Origin: Patescibacteria group bacterium
GTDB lineage: Bacteria; Patescibacteriota; JABMPQ01
Direction of reading: 5' to 3'
Assembly (NCBI GenBank): GCA_018818965.1
Contig: JAHJQX010000043.1
Coordinates: 1 to 58,975 of the forward strand
Length of the DNA stretch: 58,975 bases
The notes under the pieces were generated by a model. That model worked only from the letters and a program-made list of their open reading frames with translations. It searched no databases and was not told where the DNA came from. Shown in pieces: positions 28,678 to 38,921 of the stretch. Numbering within the stretch: position 1 is the first letter of the stretch; each line of letters begins with the position of its first letter. Position numbers and translations under genes: made by a program.

Positions 28678-28769
28678 AGTATTTTACATCCTAAACTGGT
28701 CAAAGAAATAAAACTTCTTTTTTGCTTTAATTTTCCGCCAACTTTCGACCCACTGGATTAGCTCAGGGT

Positions 28770-29774
28770 CTAATTAGATCTTACCTGTTCTACCTCCCAA
28801 TCATTTCCCTTTACCTCTACCCGCAAATACGAATTATAATTCTGCGCGCCAGTTCCGTATCGCGACTTGAACTGATATATTCCCCCACTGCCAACTCGTC
28901 CCGTTCCAATTTGTCGAATGTCGTCCGCTTCAAAATCGTAATATAAATTATGATGGGCGCCAAAGAAAGCAGTGATTTTACCCGCTAATATTTCTTTGAG
29001 ACGACTGCCTGGTGTTAGCTGATCGTTAGGATGATAAGTACTCACGGCCGTCAACGGGATATGTGAGATGACAAAAATATTATCGTACTGACCTTGAGCA
29101 TTATCAATATTCTGCTCTAACCATTTTAATTGTTCTTCGTCTAAATAAGTCTTTGGCGAATAAAGAACAATAAAATGCGAGCCTTGATAGTCAAATGAAT
29201 AGTAGGAGGAATAGGAACCATCTATTTTAATGTCCTGGGTGTTTTTGTTTTTATCCCAAAATGTTCTATAGGCCTGGGGCAATAGTTTATTAAAGCTAGC
29301 ATCATGATTGCCAGCGGAAGGAAAGAAAGCAATGTTGTTTTTTTCTAGAGGCTCGATTGCCGCGCCAAAACTTTCCCACATTTTATCAGCTAGACTAAGC
29401 GAAGTGGAACCGGAACCAGCAATCATATCGCCAGCGTGGATAAGAAAATCTGGCTTGTCATCCGATTCGGAAATTTCTTTAACAATATTAGTGAATGTGG
29501 CTGATTGTGATACATTACCCGCTCCGCTATTGCTATCAGAGAGAATTACAAAAGAAAACGGCTGGTTTTCTTCCGGTTGGCTTGTGGTGTTTTTCCGGCC
29601 GTTTTTGGCTGGTTCTACTAGCTGTTTGGGCTCGTCTTTGGTAACTTGGAGACCTGGTTTTTCAAAGAAGGGAAGAACGACATAAATTACCACTAAAACT
29701 AAAGCTGTCAGAGCTAATAAGCCAATTATATAATTTATTACTTTTTTTACCTGGGAAATTTTCTTTTCCGACAT
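28770..29774 (-). CDS. Membrane-anchored calcineurin-like metallophosphoesterase
   Basis: SDSN, AGDM, GNHD, HIP and AHHN motifs. Confidence 0.85.
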   Translation of the reverse strand: MSEKKISQVKKVINYIIGLLALTALVLVVIYVVLPFFEKPGLQVTKDEPKQLVEPAKNGRKNTTSQPEENQPFSFVILSDSNSGAGNVSQSATFTNIVKEISESDDKPDFLIHAGDMIAGSGSTSLSLADKMWESFGAAIEPLEKNNIAFFPSAGNHDASFNKLLPQAYRTFWDKNKNTQDIKIDGSYSSYYSFDYQGSHFIVLYSPKTYLDEEQLKWLEQNIDNAQGQYDNIFVISHIPLTAVSTYHPNDQLTPGSRLKEILAGKITAFFGAHHNLYYDFEADDIRQIGTGRVGSGGIYQFKSRYGTGAQNYNSYLRVEVKGNDWEVEQVRSN

Positions 29775-29787
29775 TTTTAACTAAATA

Positions 29788-30108
29788 TCATTCAGCCAGT
29801 AGAAATGACAGACAATAATCCTCACAATTTTGCCAGGATATATTATATTGTCCAGCACCAACAAGTGCATCAGCCAATATCGTTCGCAGACGAGTTAATT
29901 CTTTTAGGTAGGAAAGGCGAGACTCATCAGCTATCGTCAAGCTCAATAATTCGTGGGCGCGTTCAGCTGATTTTTTTTCTTGTTCATTATCTCCCTTTGC
30001 TAACCAATGTTTGGCACGAGCAATTTCACTGGCAATATTACCCATCTGCTGACCAAAAGACATTTTTTGCCAGCGGCCTTGAGCTAATTCTTGGTGAATG
30101 GCTGACAT
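29788..30108 (-). CDS. Conserved hypothetical protein
   Basis: H..LA.GRW..MS..QQMGNI.SE..RA...EL.R.R pattern. Confidence 0.7.
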   Translation of the reverse strand: MSAIHQELAQGRWQKMSFGQQMGNIASEIARAKHWLAKGDNEQEKKSAERAHELLSLTIADESRLSYLKELTRLRTILADALVGAGQYNISWQNCEDYCLSFLLAE

Positions 30109-30111
30109 AAT

Positions 30112-30453
30112 TTAAGGTATTAATTTATTTATAACTACTGCTATTTTCTTTTTTATCTCTTTGTCTTGTACCTCCATCGATCTGTTGCCAGCTCGTGGTC
30201 TAATATTGATCAGAGATGTATATTCAATGTGATCATCTCCCGATTTTTCGGGATAAATATTAGCTCCCCATAAATTTTCTTGCTGAGAACCATTTTCTAG
30301 TAAAATAGCCTCACCGTCAGCGTGCATCTCGCCGCCGATAGACATAATTTCTTGATCAATATCAACCACCACTTTAACCATATCGCCAAAAATATCGGTA
30401 TGATCTTGTAACTTTTTTGGTAAGATTTTTTCTTTGATTATTTCTGGTTGCAT
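30112..30453 (-). CDS. DUF5674-family protein
   Basis: MVKVVVD...GGEMHAD.E..LL..GS.Q..LWGAN.YP...SLINIRP...NRS. Confidence 0.75.
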   Translation of the reverse strand: MQPEIIKEKILPKKLQDHTDIFGDMVKVVVDIDQEIMSIGGEMHADGEAILLENGSQQENLWGANIYPEKSGDDHIEYTSLINIRPRAGNRSMEVQDKEIKKKIAVVINKLIP

Positions 30454-30657
30454 GTTATTTTATAATTATTTTGATTATCTAATATTGTCATTTACGCCAT
30501 TTTAACGCAAATAGATATTATTGACAATTTGACTTTATTATGATTATATGAGCTGATCACGTTTTTGTGATTTTTGTACCTGCACAATTCAATAGGTTTG
30601 TTTTGGCAATGCTAACAACAGAGATAACCCCGTTATGGGAGACACTCAGGAGAAAGC

Positions 30658-32142
30658 ATGGAACGCACAGAAAACCTGCCCGCCGTCACCCGGTTAGTGG
30701 CAAAATACATTAGTGATAACTACCACCAGCTCCACCGGATACCGGAGCTGCGGTGGGAGGAGAATGAGACGTTAGCAATTATTGAAAGGAGAGTGGAAGA
30801 ACTCTCGGAAGTGGCCAGAGTGCGTGGAATAAAGGTGATAACTCGCAGTGATTTCACCGGCGGTCTGGTCGTCGATGTGATCCCGTCTGGGTACAGCCGC
30901 GAGCAGTGCTTCCTGCTGCTGCGCGCTGACGTCGATGGTCTGCCGATCACCGAGGCTACCGGATTGTCCTTCGCCTCGCAGCACCCCGGTCGGATGCATG
31001 CCTGCGGACACGATGCCCATGCCGCTATGCTGCTAGGATCTCTCAGGGCGGTGGCAGAAGGGCTGGTTGGGATCAAGCATCCCCTGCGCCTGGTCTGGCA
31101 GCGAGCCGAGGAGAACCCGATCACCGAATCGGGTGGGGCGCGGCTGGTCAAGGAAGGAGTGTTGGATGGCGTGAGCGAGGCCTATGCCCTACACGTGCAC
31201 TCGGACTTCCCGGTAGGTACGGTCATTTCCTACCCCGGTGCCCTTCTGGGTAACTCCGACCGGCTGAAGATCACCCTGGAGGCGCCGAGCAAGCAAATCC
31301 AGCCCGACCTACTCATCCAAATCTCCATCAGCTGTTCCGGCGGACACGTGGCCATGCCGCATAAGGGCAGCAACGCTCTGCGGGTGGCCAAGCGCATCTT
31401 CTCCGTCCTCAGCGACTGGCACTTCGGCGCTCGCATCGTCTCCCTCCTGGGTGGCACGGCCAGCAACATTATGCCGGCAGAGGCCACGCTGGAGGTGACA
31501 GTGCACGGCAACGTCCATATCGATGAGCTGTGTGAGGCTTGCAGCAACGTGGCTCGTCTCTACAACGCCACGGCTGATGTCAACGGCGTTCGCCGACCCC
31601 AGCGTCAGACCAGTCCCTACCATGAGGTGGTGCAGATCATGGAGTTTCTTTCCGATCTGCCCACCGTCGCCCTTGGTCCCTGGCAGCCGGCTACCCTGGA
31701 GCCAGCCGTGATCAAAGAGCTGGAGTCGGGCAAGCTGGAGATGTGGTATGGTGTCCGGACGATGCTTGCGACCGACGATCGCGATGCCTACTTCAAGCGC
31801 CTCCGCTGGATGATCGAGAGTGGAGTGCGAGATAGCAGTGACGTGAACATTCACTGCGATTCCGTCTACGGTCACCCGGCTCTCCACAACACCCCCGAGT
31901 GCGTGGCCAAGGTCAAGGGTGCAGTGCAGGCTGCTGGTCTAAGCTGGATCGAAGGCGGCCGTGAGCTGGGGGGCGAGGACTTCGCCCACTACCTCAACAC
32001 ACCTGGTGTCGATGGCGCCTTACTCTTCGTCGGCGCCCAGCAGGAAGGATCAGGGAGTTTCCATACTCCCACCTTCGCCCCTCACCCGGACGCGCTGGGG
32101 CAGGGTGTTCTCACCTGGCTCGCCCTCGCCACCGCTGAGTGA
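30658..32142 (+). CDS. M20 family amidohydrolase (Acy1-like), enlarged
   Basis: LHRIPEL, RADVDGLP, MHACGHDAH, QRAEE, GGEDF, H-T-P; AGGAG RBS; TTGACA at 30521. Confidence 0.9.
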   Translation: MERTENLPAVTRLVAKYISDNYHQLHRIPELRWEENETLAIIERRVEELSEVARVRGIKVITRSDFTGGLVVDVIPSGYSREQCFLLLRADVDGLPITEATGLSFASQHPGRMHACGHDAHAAMLLGSLRAVAEGLVGIKHPLRLVWQRAEENPITESGGARLVKEGVLDGVSEAYALHVHSDFPVGTVISYPGALLGNSDRLKITLEAPSKQIQPDLLIQISISCSGGHVAMPHKGSNALRVAKRIFSVLSDWHFGARIVSLLGGTASNIMPAEATLEVTVHGNVHIDELCEACSNVARLYNATADVNGVRRPQRQTSPYHEVVQIMEFLSDLPTVALGPWQPATLEPAVIKELESGKLEMWYGVRTMLATDDRDAYFKRLRWMIESGVRDSSDVNIHCDSVYGHPALHNTPECVAKVKGAVQAAGLSWIEGGRELGGEDFAHYLNTPGVDGALLFVGAQQEGSGSFHTPTFAPHPDALGQGVLTWLALATAE

Positions 32143-32172
32143 TCTGCTTCGCACAGCCTATTGAAAAAAACC

Positions 32173-32209
32173 AAGCCCCGCGACTCTCACGAGACGCCGG
32201 GCTTTTTTT
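32173..32209 (+). terminator. Intrinsic terminator
   Basis: AAGCCC...GGGCTT stem followed by a T run. Confidence 0.65.
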
Positions 32210-32330
32210 ATTTGTGAAACGAATGAGAGAAAAGCAAAATCTTTTTGCTTTTCCAAATGAGCAAGCAAACAAGGGGCGAAGCCCCTTATTTACGCAGTGA
32301 GTGAGTACTAAGCAAAATAAATGGCGAAGC
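32208..32330. repeat. Hairpin repeat family B (two units joined by GGGGCGAAGCCCC)
   Basis: TTATTT..GA..GA ... GAGCAAGCAAACAA; matches 45905-45961 and 47616-47687. Confidence 0.7.
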
Positions 32331-32351
32331 TCTTTATTTCTCAAAAATAGT

Positions 32352-33284
32352 CTACACCTCCACCCCCATCAAATAACTCATCGCTGCCAGCATTGACTCG
32401 ACAAACAATTCCTTTTTCGAATAAATCGCTCGCGGGTCAGGATCAACATCACGCTCGATCTCAAATATCAATGGAGTGAGCATATCAAGAAAAGCATCAG
32501 GCCGAAGCTTTTTCATGTGTTCGGTGGTGATTGGTTTATACTTTTTCATAATCATTTCTTCCTTCTCCTTAGGAAACATATCATCAGGAATAATCCCTTT
32601 TTGTAGTCCACGAGTAACTAGAAGATAATCTACTTCGCCAATAAAGTCATCTAATTTACCATATTCAAGTTTCTTCAAGCCATTTTTCTTAGCTTGTTCT
32701 TCGACTTCTTTCGGTATTGGAAACTCACCAAAATCATCTACATAAACCTCAACACCAAAATGCCCCATAATCGGTACTATTGCTTTTATGCATCGGTTTA
32801 TTTCTGGCGTCCCATAAATACCAACTTTCAAACCCTCTAATCTTTTCAAATAATGAAATATATTTACCATCATCATGGCTGCCCCAACGGCATGCTCTTT
32901 GGATCCACTACCACCATTGATCACTGGTACACGGGAAACCTTAGCCGCTCGCTCAGCTGAATCCTCATCAGTGTGACGAATTACAATTATATCTGACATA
33001 CCAGAAAACGTCCGCACTGTGTCCTCTAGGCTCTCACCCTTTTCCATTGATAGCCCTTGTTCACCAGTAACACTGACAAACCCACCACCGGATCGCAACA
33101 TGGCCACCTGGGCTGAAGTCATAGTGCGTGTCGAAGGTTGGAAGAAAAGCGTAGCGGCTACTTTTCTTTTCATTAGATCAGCCGGAATCCCCTCAGTAAG
33201 AAATTTGTCAGCTCGCATGACGATTTCCTCGTAGCCAGCCTTATCAATATCCTTGGAAAACACGAGATGTTTTGGTTTGGTCAT
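32352..33284 (-). CDS. Aspartate/ornithine carbamoyltransferase superfamily protein, atypical (PyrB-like)
   Basis: FFQPSTRT, KGESLEDT, IRH and PVINGG present; HPxQ replaced by HAVG; HPLP absent. Confidence 0.8.
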   Translation of the reverse strand: MTKPKHLVFSKDIDKAGYEEIVMRADKFLTEGIPADLMKRKVAATLFFQPSTRTMTSAQVAMLRSGGGFVSVTGEQGLSMEKGESLEDTVRTFSGMSDIIVIRHTDEDSAERAAKVSRVPVINGGSGSKEHAVGAAMMMVNIFHYLKRLEGLKVGIYGTPEINRCIKAIVPIMGHFGVEVYVDDFGEFPIPKEVEEQAKKNGLKKLEYGKLDDFIGEVDYLLVTRGLQKGIIPDDMFPKEKEEMIMKKYKPITTEHMKKLRPDAFLDMLTPLIFEIERDVDPDPRAIYSKKELFVESMLAAMSYLMGVEV

Positions 33285-33300
33285 AGGTTTTAGTTAATTA

Positions 33301-34761
33301 CTAGGTTAATTTTCGCACAATACCTTGGTCGGCGTCAACCTCTACCTCTTGTCCATCACGAAACGCCCGGGTGGCTTCTTTAGTTCCAACCAGACAAGGA
33401 ATGTTAATTTCCCGACTAACAATGGCAGCGTGAGAAGTAATACCACCTTCATCAGTAACAATTGCTACCGCCCGCCGCATCGCCGGCACAAAATCAGGAT
33501 GAGTGGTAATTGCCACCATTACGTCCCCTGGCTTTACCTTGCGTAAATCGTGTTTGCTAATAACTATTTGTACCGAACCACTAGCGCGTCCTTGATTGCC
33601 GATGATCCCTTTTAATTCGCTTGCTTTTTTATCAGCCTGTGAACTTAATTCTTGTTCAACTATTTTATGCGCCCGGCGACCACTAAATATTTTTATTTCG
33701 TGATCATTCTGACGCCACAGTACATAGCCATCCTGCCGCTGACGTATTTCCCTCATATCCGGCAGCTGACCAATCACTAGGAATTCCTCTATTTCATCAT
33801 TCAATAAGTTTACCACTTCTTTTAAATCTAGCCCCGCTCGACGGCCGATTTCTTGGTATAAGGATTGTAAATAGAAACTGCCCAGACGACGAAAATCATC
33901 CCGCTGATCCTTAATAAAACAGAGAGCGTGAGCCATTCTCAACAAATTATTCTGGCGACGAGTTAGTTTAGTTAATAATAAAAATTTATCAAATTCGCTG
34001 CGCCGCTGAAAAAAATTATCCCTAAGTTTCTTTAACTCCTCAGTTGGTGCCGTTGAAGAATCGATAATTTTATTTAGTTCCTGCCGGAAATAATCAATTT
34101 CCCAGGGTTCATCACCAGGATCATAACAAGGAATCCAGCGGAAATTCTGGCAGTGCTTCTGTAATAATTTTTCTTTAGCTCCTCCTTTTTGCACTAAATC
34201 AGCCACTTTCAGCAAACTTTCCCGCTCTCTAGTAATAGCATTTTTCTCCTCGGGCGAAAAAACAAAATTGAAAATTTTCTTAAATTTTTCTTCGTCTCCC
34301 GAAGCTAGCTTTTTTATTTCCTCCTCGGCTGCTACGGCTAAAAACGGCTCAATCACAAAAGGAATCCAGATTGAGCGCTGAAAAAACTTATGGTTGAGCT
34401 TAACTGCCAATTGGTGAAGGCTCAGTAATGATTTATTGCTGGCCTGGTCGGAAACTTGCCGGAAGATCTTTCTCGTTCCCATAAAGAATTCATTCTGCGC
34501 CCATTGGATTAAACGTTGGTATTTTTGAAAAGAGCGCCAATTCTGACAGACAACCTGATATATTTTCTGCTGGGCAGCTGGCCATTCTGCTTGGTCAAAA
34601 TAAATAGCGTGATTCTTGCCTGCTGGTACTACGAGGATATTTTTTAGCTTGACTTGAAAATGTTTTTGATAGAAAGAGGAAAAAGAAATACTCATCACCA
34701 CCTCGTAGCGGTGGGCGGAAAATTTACGAGCAAAATAGTATTGCCAATTGGTTTTACTCAT
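33301..34761 (-). CDS. Phospho-His swivel (PEP-utilizing mobile) domain protein, paralog 8
   Basis: C-terminal VTDEGGITSHAAIVSRE; no ATP-grasp domain. Confidence 0.9.
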   Translation of the reverse strand: MSKTNWQYYFARKFSAHRYEVVMSISFSSFYQKHFQVKLKNILVVPAGKNHAIYFDQAEWPAAQQKIYQVVCQNWRSFQKYQRLIQWAQNEFFMGTRKIFRQVSDQASNKSLLSLHQLAVKLNHKFFQRSIWIPFVIEPFLAVAAEEEIKKLASGDEEKFKKIFNFVFSPEEKNAITRERESLLKVADLVQKGGAKEKLLQKHCQNFRWIPCYDPGDEPWEIDYFRQELNKIIDSSTAPTEELKKLRDNFFQRRSEFDKFLLLTKLTRRQNNLLRMAHALCFIKDQRDDFRRLGSFYLQSLYQEIGRRAGLDLKEVVNLLNDEIEEFLVIGQLPDMREIRQRQDGYVLWRQNDHEIKIFSGRRAHKIVEQELSSQADKKASELKGIIGNQGRASGSVQIVISKHDLRKVKPGDVMVAITTHPDFVPAMRRAVAIVTDEGGITSHAAIVSREINIPCLVGTKEATRAFRDGQEVEVDADQGIVRKLT

Positions 34762-36053
34762 AGCTTTTTTACTATTCCCCGATCGGCATCTACTTCTATC
34801 TGGTCACCATCCTTAAAGGCTTGGGTAGCGATCTTAGTGCCAATCACGCAGGGTTTTTTCATCTCGCGGGCGATAATAGCGGCGTGACAAGTAATGCCAC
34901 CCTCGTCCGTTACAAAAGCGACTGCTCTATTCATCGCTACAATATAGGCTGGGATGGTCATCGGAGTGACCAGAATATCTCCCTTGTTTACTTTGTCTAC
35001 TTGCTGGGGATTATTTACTACCTTGGCTGTCCCAGTAGCTTTACCTGGCCAGGCGACAGCACCTTTTATTTTTCCTGTCTCCCTTCCTGCCGACGTAATC
35101 ACCGGGCAATCTGACACCACTATGTCATCACAGTACTTTAGGATAGCGGATTGAGACACGTTGCGCTGCTGCCCGATTTTCCCATTTTTGATATCCCCAG
35201 GAAGGCAGTCTCTAATCGACTCTACTCCTAGAACTTCAGCCGCCCGCGCAAAAATCGGCTGCGCCAAGTGATATAATTCATACAAAGCATCAGTACGAAA
35301 AGTTCGCAAAAACACTAATTCTTGCAGCTCAGCTGATAGATCCCGTAACGACTTGGGGACATCCGGCTGCTCTATTTTTTCTGCCGTCTTAGCCAACACT
35401 TCTCGTCGGATTTTCTTCATCTCTTCCAGGCTAAAACCAGGAGCAAAACCTCCCTCAATTCGAGCCTTCATCCAGGCATATTCTTGGTGTAACTTCTCAA
35501 GACTCATTCCTTGTCGGATATCGTCCTCCATTAAATTATGCGCGGTTTTCTTCGTCGGCTTACTAATATCGCCAACAAATTTTTCCACTTCTGGTTCGGG
35601 AACAAATTCTTTAGCTTTCTCGGTAATAATGGGAATGTAATACTCCTCACAACCATGTGCCACCCAAATATAGACGTTGAAAGGTAAAATTAGATCAACG
35701 ACTCTTTGGTACAACTCCAGGGCGTCAGCTCGATCAGCTTGGATCAATTGCTTTGTTTCTTGCTTTATTTGTTGATATAAATTTTCACATTGCGTAACCA
35801 GAGTAAAAATATCTTTCTGCTGGAGATATTTGCCAGCTTCGGCGGCCGCCATTTTAATCATTTCCGGACAGCGATACCAGGTATAAGAATCATAAGCCAC
35901 GATGGGATATTCACCCTTTATACCTTGCTCAGCAAAAGCCCGCCTAGTAGCCCCAACAAACATCAAATAAGTAACCAAAAAGGCGTAGGGCCGGTGCAGC
36001 CAGACTTCCCACCTCATCGCTTTTATCTTACTTTTTACCTGTTGATCATTCAT
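34758..36053 (-). CDS. Phospho-His swivel domain protein, paralog 7
   Basis: VTDEGGITCHAAIIARE. Confidence 0.9.
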   Translation of the reverse strand: MNDQQVKSKIKAMRWEVWLHRPYAFLVTYLMFVGATRRAFAEQGIKGEYPIVAYDSYTWYRCPEMIKMAAAEAGKYLQQKDIFTLVTQCENLYQQIKQETKQLIQADRADALELYQRVVDLILPFNVYIWVAHGCEEYYIPIITEKAKEFVPEPEVEKFVGDISKPTKKTAHNLMEDDIRQGMSLEKLHQEYAWMKARIEGGFAPGFSLEEMKKIRREVLAKTAEKIEQPDVPKSLRDLSAELQELVFLRTFRTDALYELYHLAQPIFARAAEVLGVESIRDCLPGDIKNGKIGQQRNVSQSAILKYCDDIVVSDCPVITSAGRETGKIKGAVAWPGKATGTAKVVNNPQQVDKVNKGDILVTPMTIPAYIVAMNRAVAFVTDEGGITCHAAIIAREMKKPCVIGTKIATQAFKDGDQIEVDADRGIVKKL

Positions 36054-37380
36054 GCTCTAATTTTCTAGCAATCCCCCTATTAGCATCCACTTGTACCTCC
36101 TCGCCATTGCACAAAACCTGAGTAGCAATCTTGGTGTTGATTATACAGGGTTTTTGCAGTTCACGCGAAATAATAGCGGCGTGGCAAGTGATACCACCTT
36201 CATCCGTAATAATAGCAGCTGCTTGGTGCATTATCATCACCATGTTGGGAGTAGTCATGCTAGTAACCAAGATTTCACCTTTTTTAAATTCCGCCAAATC
36301 CTTTTTAGTAAATACGACCTTTACTCTACCTGTCGCCCAGCCTGGTGAAGCTACTACGCCTTTTATCTTTTTAATGTTCCCCAAATCTTGAGCAAATATT
36401 TTCCTGACTTCTTTACTTTGTTGACCGTGAACACAGACAAGTTTCCCGTTTTCGACATAAATATCGTAGCCCTTGACGCGTTCAGACAATATATTTTTGG
36501 CAGGAATATCGTCTCTTAAAACTTCGTCAGCCAGACAATACAAAAGCTGCTCGGATGTCAGTCCTTGCTCTCGCGCATATTTATTCAACAACGGATAAGC
36601 CTCGTAAGAAGATCGATTGAGAATGTCAGTGCGTCGGGTGCGATAGTAAACAACGAATTGCATTAAATCTACTAGATAATCTGCTGACGAACCCAAAACT
36701 TTTTTTGCCTCAGTAATAGTCTGTTTGATTTTCTCTTTTTCAGTCTCCCTTCTTTCTAGGTATGAATTCTTTTCCAGTATTCCCAATCTCATTTCTGCCT
36801 CGGACAACTGATACGGCTGGTGCTGACCGTAACGAGAATTTAGCCAGACATATTTTTTGACATGTCTCACTAGATCAGCACTAGTTACCAAATCATATTC
36901 CTCTCGCTTGTAATAATTATCTCGTAGAGGAATATTTAGCTTATCTAGTATAGTTCTGGTTTTTGGAGTGCCAACTTTTTCCAACAATAATTTGCTTATT
37001 TCCCTTTCTATCGGCTCTTCGACCTGTTGAACTGGAAGAATAGCCACCGCATACCTAGCATACGCTCGTAAATATCTCTTAACATCGGAGCCACGTGTCG
37101 CCACCAACAATTTTTTTGCTCTGGTCTCTAAAATATAATTTACGTTTTTGATTTTTTGCGCGCTGTTCCAATCTCGCAGAGTAGCTTCACCCACTTCATC
37201 CCGCTCTTGCCGAATATAATAGAAATTGTAATCACTCTGAATAGCTTGAGTTAGTTCAGCTGGTCGAGAAATAAATCCAAGGTAATTTTCCTTATTAAGA
37301 ATGCCGGCAAATATTGAAGAAGCATAAAGTGGTGGATAAGGACGACGTACTATTTTTACATAGTCTGCTTTCTCCAACAT
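36046..37380 (-). CDS. Phospho-His swivel domain protein, paralog 6
   Basis: ITDEGGITCHAAIISRE. Confidence 0.9.
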   Translation of the reverse strand: MLEKADYVKIVRRPYPPLYASSIFAGILNKENYLGFISRPAELTQAIQSDYNFYYIRQERDEVGEATLRDWNSAQKIKNVNYILETRAKKLLVATRGSDVKRYLRAYARYAVAILPVQQVEEPIEREISKLLLEKVGTPKTRTILDKLNIPLRDNYYKREEYDLVTSADLVRHVKKYVWLNSRYGQHQPYQLSEAEMRLGILEKNSYLERRETEKEKIKQTITEAKKVLGSSADYLVDLMQFVVYYRTRRTDILNRSSYEAYPLLNKYAREQGLTSEQLLYCLADEVLRDDIPAKNILSERVKGYDIYVENGKLVCVHGQQSKEVRKIFAQDLGNIKKIKGVVASPGWATGRVKVVFTKKDLAEFKKGEILVTSMTTPNMVMIMHQAAAIITDEGGITCHAAIISRELQKPCIINTKIATQVLCNGEEVQVDANRGIARKLEHE

Positions 37381-37388
37381 ATTTTTAG

Positions 37389-38921
37389 CTAAATTTTCTT
37401 AGCCAGACCCTTATTGGCATCTACAAATACCTTATCACCAGTTTTGAAAGCTTGAGTGGCGATTTTAGTACCTATCACGCACGGTTTTTTAAGTTCTCGT
37501 GACACCACGGCGGCGTGACTGGTAATCCCACCTTGCTCAGTCACAATGGCAGCTGCTTTCTTCATAATGGGAACAAAGTCAGGAGTGGTTTGATTGGTAA
37601 CCAATATTTCGCCTTCCTGAAACTGCTTCATATCTTCCGTCATCCGTACTACTCGCACCACGCCTGTGGCCTTGCCCGGCGCAGCGCCTACCCCTTTTAA
37701 TTTTTTAACGTCCTTAGACTGCTGCTGTAAATACGCAAAATACTTATTCGCTTCTTGGCCAGCGGCAATATAATAGCCGGCTGGTGTTACGGCAAAGAAC
37801 ACCTGTTTCCTGCGAGCGGTGATTTTATCTTTTAGCTCTTGTTCGCCCGATAACGCGGCACACACTTCCGCAAACACCAAAAAAGTCATATCTTTGGTCG
37901 AAATCCCTACTCTACGTCCAATTTCACCCAGAAACCGTTCAAAATGAGACATCCCCACATAAACCCCGCTTTTACGCACATCTTTCCATTCAGTGAATAA
38001 GTCAGAAATCTGTAAAACATTGCGGTGAAAATCGTCTAGTGTTAAATTAGCCAAGATTTTTTGTCGTTTTTTCTGGTACTCTTTGATTGCTTGCTGTTTC
38101 TTCTGATATAATTCGGCTATATTTTTACTACCACTGGCGGTAATAAGTTGCTTCAATCTGTCATAAAAATCAGCCAGATTAATAATTACCGCCTGATAAT
38201 AATTATTATTCATCCAGTAATACTTCTGTCTGTGCTTTTGTAGTAACTGATATAATTCGGGTGTCTCTTTTTTAATAATTTCCAGTGCCGGCAATCCGTT
38301 ACTATAATGTTCAGCAAACTTCACTGCTAAGCCCAGTAAATCATTTTCTTCTTCGATCGTGAAAGATAAAAACCCGGGCGAGAGCAAAATTCGCAAAATC
38401 TCATCGCAATCGCCAGATATTTTCATCTTAGCCAACATTTCTCGAAACATTTCCTCCAACCAATCCGTCTCACCAGTTGACATGAAAGAATCAGCTAAGT
38501 AAGCAGCGGCACCCGCGCCTAAATATAACTCATAGAATTTCTTAAAATCTTGGAGTAGTTCTTTGTCAGTTAGTTCGCTTAGGTCTTTATCCACTAACTT
38601 ACCTGAACAACTTATGTACTCAGACCAGTCAGCCTGCCACTTACGATATCTTTTCATTACGTGCTCGGTACCCTGCCCAGCTTCTGTTACCACCCAGTCC
38701 TTAACTTTTACCAAGTTTTTTTGATCCAGAAACCATTGAGCATGATCTTCTTTGATAAAGCAGAAGCAAAACTGGTAAGGGATTGGAATTACCTGGGCGA
38801 GCCTAAAAACCTCCGTTTCCGAAGAAGCAAACAAAGTAAAGACTTTACTTTCAAAGGATTTATTGTACTGCTCTCCAACTTCTTTGACGATGGCTGTAGG
38901 AAAGTTCGATAGTTTTTTCAT
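37389..38921 (-). CDS. Phospho-His swivel domain protein, paralog 5
   Basis: VTEQGGITSHAAVVSRE. Confidence 0.9.
   Translation of the reverse strand: MKKLSNFPTAIVKEVGEQYNKSFESKVFTLFASSETEVFRLAQVIPIPYQFCFCFIKEDHAQWFLDQKNLVKVKDWVVTEAGQGTEHVMKRYRKWQADWSEYISCSGKLVDKDLSELTDKELLQDFKKFYELYLGAGAAAYLADSFMSTGETDWLEEMFREMLAKMKISGDCDEILRILLSPGFLSFTIEEENDLLGLAVKFAEHYSNGLPALEIIKKETPELYQLLQKHRQKYYWMNNNYYQAVIINLADFYDRLKQLITASGSKNIAELYQKKQQAIKEYQKKRQKILANLTLDDFHRNVLQISDLFTEWKDVRKSGVYVGMSHFERFLGEIGRRVGISTKDMTFLVFAEVCAALSGEQELKDKITARRKQVFFAVTPAGYYIAAGQEANKYFAYLQQQSKDVKKLKGVGAAPGKATGVVRVVRMTEDMKQFQEGEILVTNQTTPDFVPIMKKAAAIVTEQGGITSHAAVVSRELKKPCVIGTKIATQAFKTGDKVFVDANKGLAKKI

Noticed and set aside
28684-28773. Short open frame LDPELIQWVESWRKIKAKKKFYFFDQFRM* between the phosphoesterase and nnrD
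   Set aside because: Possibly a gene remnant, but too short and without a recognisable motif.
30720-31887. Antisense ORFs within the M20 gene (likewise 46316..46900 and other shadow ORFs)
   Set aside because: Expected shadows of GC-rich or longer well-supported genes; no motifs.
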